Positions 31,576-34,942 of a stretch of DNA of 34,942 bases are shown here, piece by piece. The stretch lies in contig NKIB01000141.1 of NCBI GenBank assembly GCA_002256025.1, positions 1 through 34,942 on the forward strand. The letters run 5' to 3'. Every line of letters starts with the position of its first letter. Position 1 is the first letter of the stretch. The position numbers were made by a program, and so were the translations under genes. Under the pieces are notes generated by a model. It was not told the origin of the DNA. It did not search any database and was given only the letters and a program-made list of their open reading frames with translations. This DNA is from Asterionella formosa. Its lineage: Eukaryota.

Positions 31576-32470
31576 ATTAGATTTTCTTTGTCATCGTACT
31601 AGTTCCTTACCTTTGAAGACAGGAGCGTAGCTATTCTTTGATGTATCTGGAATATTTCAATGGATGGCAGCAGTTGGATTTAGACACAAACCTCGACAAA
31701 AGCACTAGTACCTTGTACATGTTCATGAAAAGCGAGACACTTTGCTTGGCCTATCGCCCACCAGCCAGTCTATACTGCAAAAATGCAAGAAGCACAAGTT
31801 GAATGCCCATTTATGGATTCAAGTTTCAGTAGTGCAACAATGTAAAATATTAGAAAACGGAAGTCACATTTCATCTAATTATGGTTTTCATTAGCTATAC
31901 TAGTATTGATTGAGAGGAAGCAATGGTAGAATGGCTGCCAAACGGGCGGAGGCAAACACAGAGAATCCTACTAATTTTTCTTCCCAATGATCCCAGTCCC
32001 TTCTTGAATGTCACTTGCTACAGAAAATGTAGAACAGCCGCCATGATCTGTTGATTGTTGCTTTATGGTGCCACTGACCGAGACCTCCAGAAATCTCAAT
32101 GAGTTGCTTGTTTCTTGACTTGAATGCAAAAGGGACGGTCATCGAAACCAGTGGAAAAATCAAAAGGGAACTAAAAATGGTGCTCTGCAAACATCATCAG
32201 GACAATTGTGAAAGAGAAATGAAGGTTCTTGGGAGGAGAAGTAAAGGGATAATTGCTTCTGCTGGTCTTGCGGGAACAAGAATAGATTGACCCAAACAAT
32301 GTTGACAAATAGTTACCTACGGGAAAAGGACGCAATGCTTTCGGCATCATCAATCTATACACAAGCCTGCGCCATCTGTCGTCGTCAATATAGCTACCTC
32401 GACTTCATCAATGAAGAAGGCGATGGGTGGAGCATGTGAGGAAAATCGGGGTTGAGGTTTTCTTGACGCC

Positions 32471-32534
32471 AACGTGGACCTGCTTTGCTGAACTCCTTGC
32501 AAAACGTGGACCTGCTTTACTGAACTCCTTGCAA
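32471..32534. repeat. 32-bp tandem duplication (one mismatch)
   Basis: AACGTGGACCTGCTTTRCTGAACTCCTTGCAA twice. Confidence 0.95.
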
Positions 32535-34942
32535 ATGAAGGCATTGAGTGACCTGATGGTCCTGTGAAGCCAAAGGGTAAAGAAAAATCTATGACAAGGT
32601 TAGTGAGATAGTATTTAGGAGGGGGGAGCAAAAGTTATCATAGTAGCTGAACGCATTCAAAACTTGTATAGACAATAAATGGTGGCATGCCATGGCTGCT
32701 CTTGGCTGACAGCTGCCAAGTCAAGTACAAACAAAACGAGCAAGGGTGCACAAAAGACAGTCCAATTTTAATCGACTGCTGGCTGATACTTAGCTGTGAG
32801 ACTCACCATTCTGTAATGGGGTGGACATTATTCATTGCTTCGCTCAAAGCACAATCAATTCGAATGCTGTCCAGTGAAACAGCCAATGAAAACAATTGTG
32901 GCGAAAAAGCGCAGAACAGATCAAGAGCGAGATTTCATAGCAATTAAAATAACAGGGCATATACTATGATGCACTGCTCCTTGTGTAGACTAGCTATATT
33001 TGATCATTTCCATATTTCATACTATACAGGTGCATGGATGACTCCTCCCGCCCTTTCATTATGCAGCCATGTTGCGATAATTCTGCAGGAACTATAGGAT
33101 TGGTAGTCTGGTGGTCATCATTTCCGCATTGTATATACCAGTAGGAGTCATGTTTGCATGCATGCTGCGCTAGTTCTTACAAGACATAAAAATTTGGTAG
33201 CTTGGTGGTTATCACTTCCCTACTGTATACAGGGGGAGAGGGAAGGGGTTGCATGCATGAGCAACTTCCTCTCCCGTATAAACTATGATCTTTAATCAAT
33301 GAATTTAGATTTGTTTATCCTATAACTTTGATCATAACATATTGATCATATGATGAACAATGTCGTTGATGAGAAAATGAACGACCAACATTTATTTTCA
33401 AGAATCAGGATCAATCGATCTTAAAAATATGATCAAATGATCCTAAACACATGAGCATATTCAGTTTCCGCTGCACTATTGTGGTATTTCCATGATGGAA
33501 GTAATTACCAGCAATTATACAGGACTACCGGTAGGCCATATGAATTTTGGTCAATATGTCTATATACATAAATGTATGATTTCGACCATTTGAAAAATTG
33601 GTGATGACTCCCGTTTATTAAGGGGCTTAATTAAATCAGCCACTGACTTGTAGGTACAAGAATTGACACAAAAAAATTGAAAAAACTCATCAGGTCATGG
33701 AAAACTATGAACTCATCATGCATTGTATATGTTTGAATTACGTATAATCAAAATTGATGAAAGTATACACAGGATGTGCCGTATCATGAGGGTGTTTCAA
33801 ACTATGAGAATGTTCAACTATATATACATTTAAACTTCTTACAAATCTTTATATATATGTATTCATGGCTGAAACATTTGAAATCATGTTTTCATGTGGT
33901 TCCTTGTCATGCATACATTTTGCTTCTGAATTGAAGGATTAACACAGATGATGACGCGGAAAACGAAAGTGATAATAAAGCACAATGAGCGATACTTGCG
34001 GCTTAGAAGAGAAGGGCGGAATCAATTGATGGTAAGTCAAGAGCGAATGCCTGTCATGTTTCTTGTCATGCTGCATCCACTTCCTGAAATGAAGGATCTC
34101 AAGCAACGAAAAACTGAAGTAACAATACACCATGCGGCTAAGAAGGAGTGAATATGATCGGCGGAGAAGGGCGGAATCAACAAGCTGTGTATAGTATCAC
34201 AGCATGTCAAGAGCATATGCCAGGATGATCAATTGTTGAGATTACAATTACGGAATGACTCGTCCCCTTTCAGTGATTCAATAGCTCCTTTTCGATTTGG
34301 TGACTGGCCAACCATCAATGGCTGTGGACAAAAGAAATCGGTAAGTGCTGCCTATCAGCCATCTTGCTTTGGATCAATCTACAAATGTTAGAAAAACTGA
34401 CACATATGTGTTGCTTCTTTCAGGATAATGGTAGACAAACAGTAATTGTAAGTTACAAACAGCAGTGTTGGAGCCCATTTATTGATCGATACTTTGCTTC
34501 TCATTCAATCTTCGACTGACACATTCTTCTACAGAAATATGCATCAGTTACTTCCTCAATTTGTGGTAAGTGAAGCAAGATAGAAGCGAAATGAATGTTG
34601 TTGTGTAACCAAAACATGAACAGCTAACAATGAATTGCTTCTCTTTGTTAGTATGATTGGGAAAACGAAATGGATTAAATAGTAATAGGAAAATGCGTGA
34701 ATGCAAACTCACATCCGTCAGGAGTAAATGGAACAAAGCAAGCAGGGGAACAACGGCAAGGCAACCAGTGCAACAACCTTCAGAATTGGATTGGGGGAGG
34801 GGGAAGTGAAAGTGAAAGTGAAAGCGGCACCAACAATCATTGCGATGAGAGCATTGTAGAACATTCTGTAGCCACTTAAGATATGATAGAATCATAGAAC
34901 CATTCTTAGCTAAATATAGTTCTAAATATCGATCAATTTCAT

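Larger units (their letters stand above)
36..33533. repeat. Dispersed palindromic octamer TACCGGTA plus TACCWGGTA/GGTACC variants, clustered in non-coding DNA
   Basis: Exact copies start at 36, 177, 185, 4390, 7275, 7407, 7421, 7496, 11070, 11367, 11516, 11581, 24299, 24686, 27304 and 33526 (manual count). None seen in the six CDSs. Confidence 0.9.

Noticed and set aside
25787..33625. Short inverted match (CCCTTAATAAA near 25788 versus TTTATTAAGGG near 33615) as candidate TIRs
   Set aside because: Only about 11 bp, the left copy lies inside the LINE coding remnant, and there is no TSD; probably chance.
1..34942. tRNA, rRNA or other structured RNA genes
   Set aside because: No cloverleaf or rRNA-like conserved sequence recognised by eye; tRNAscan-SE and Infernal would be needed to exclude them formally.

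Overview
Eukaryotic nuclear DNA, most likely from a diatom or other ochrophyte. This is inferred from short GT-AG introns, a signal peptide with Phe at +1 (plastid-type presequence), and Ambal-like LINE and Plavaka-like transposon relics. The gene-rich left part (1-24.2 kb) has six protein-coding genes: an SPX + cytidylyltransferase fusion, an Rv2258c-like SAM methyltransferase next to a 461-N assembly gap, a two-exon formyltetrahydrofolate deformylase (PurU), a two-exon membrane-anchored protein with weak sulfotransferase-like motifs, a predicted plastid-targeted hypothetical protein, and a three-exon ~4029-aa VPS13-family lipid-transfer protein. The right part (24.7-34.9 kb) is an AT-rich block of decayed transposons: palindromic repeats, tandem duplications, a LINE fragment, a two-gene Plavaka/CMC-like element and a 115-bp array with CpG-decay signatures. 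The most notable observations are (i) the palindrome TACCGGTA, found 16 times by manual count and only outside coding sequence, (ii) the SPX-cytidylyltransferase fusion, and (iii) two VPS13 introns that stay in frame with their acceptor TAG as the only stop. All family calls come from motif recognition by eye; no searches were run.
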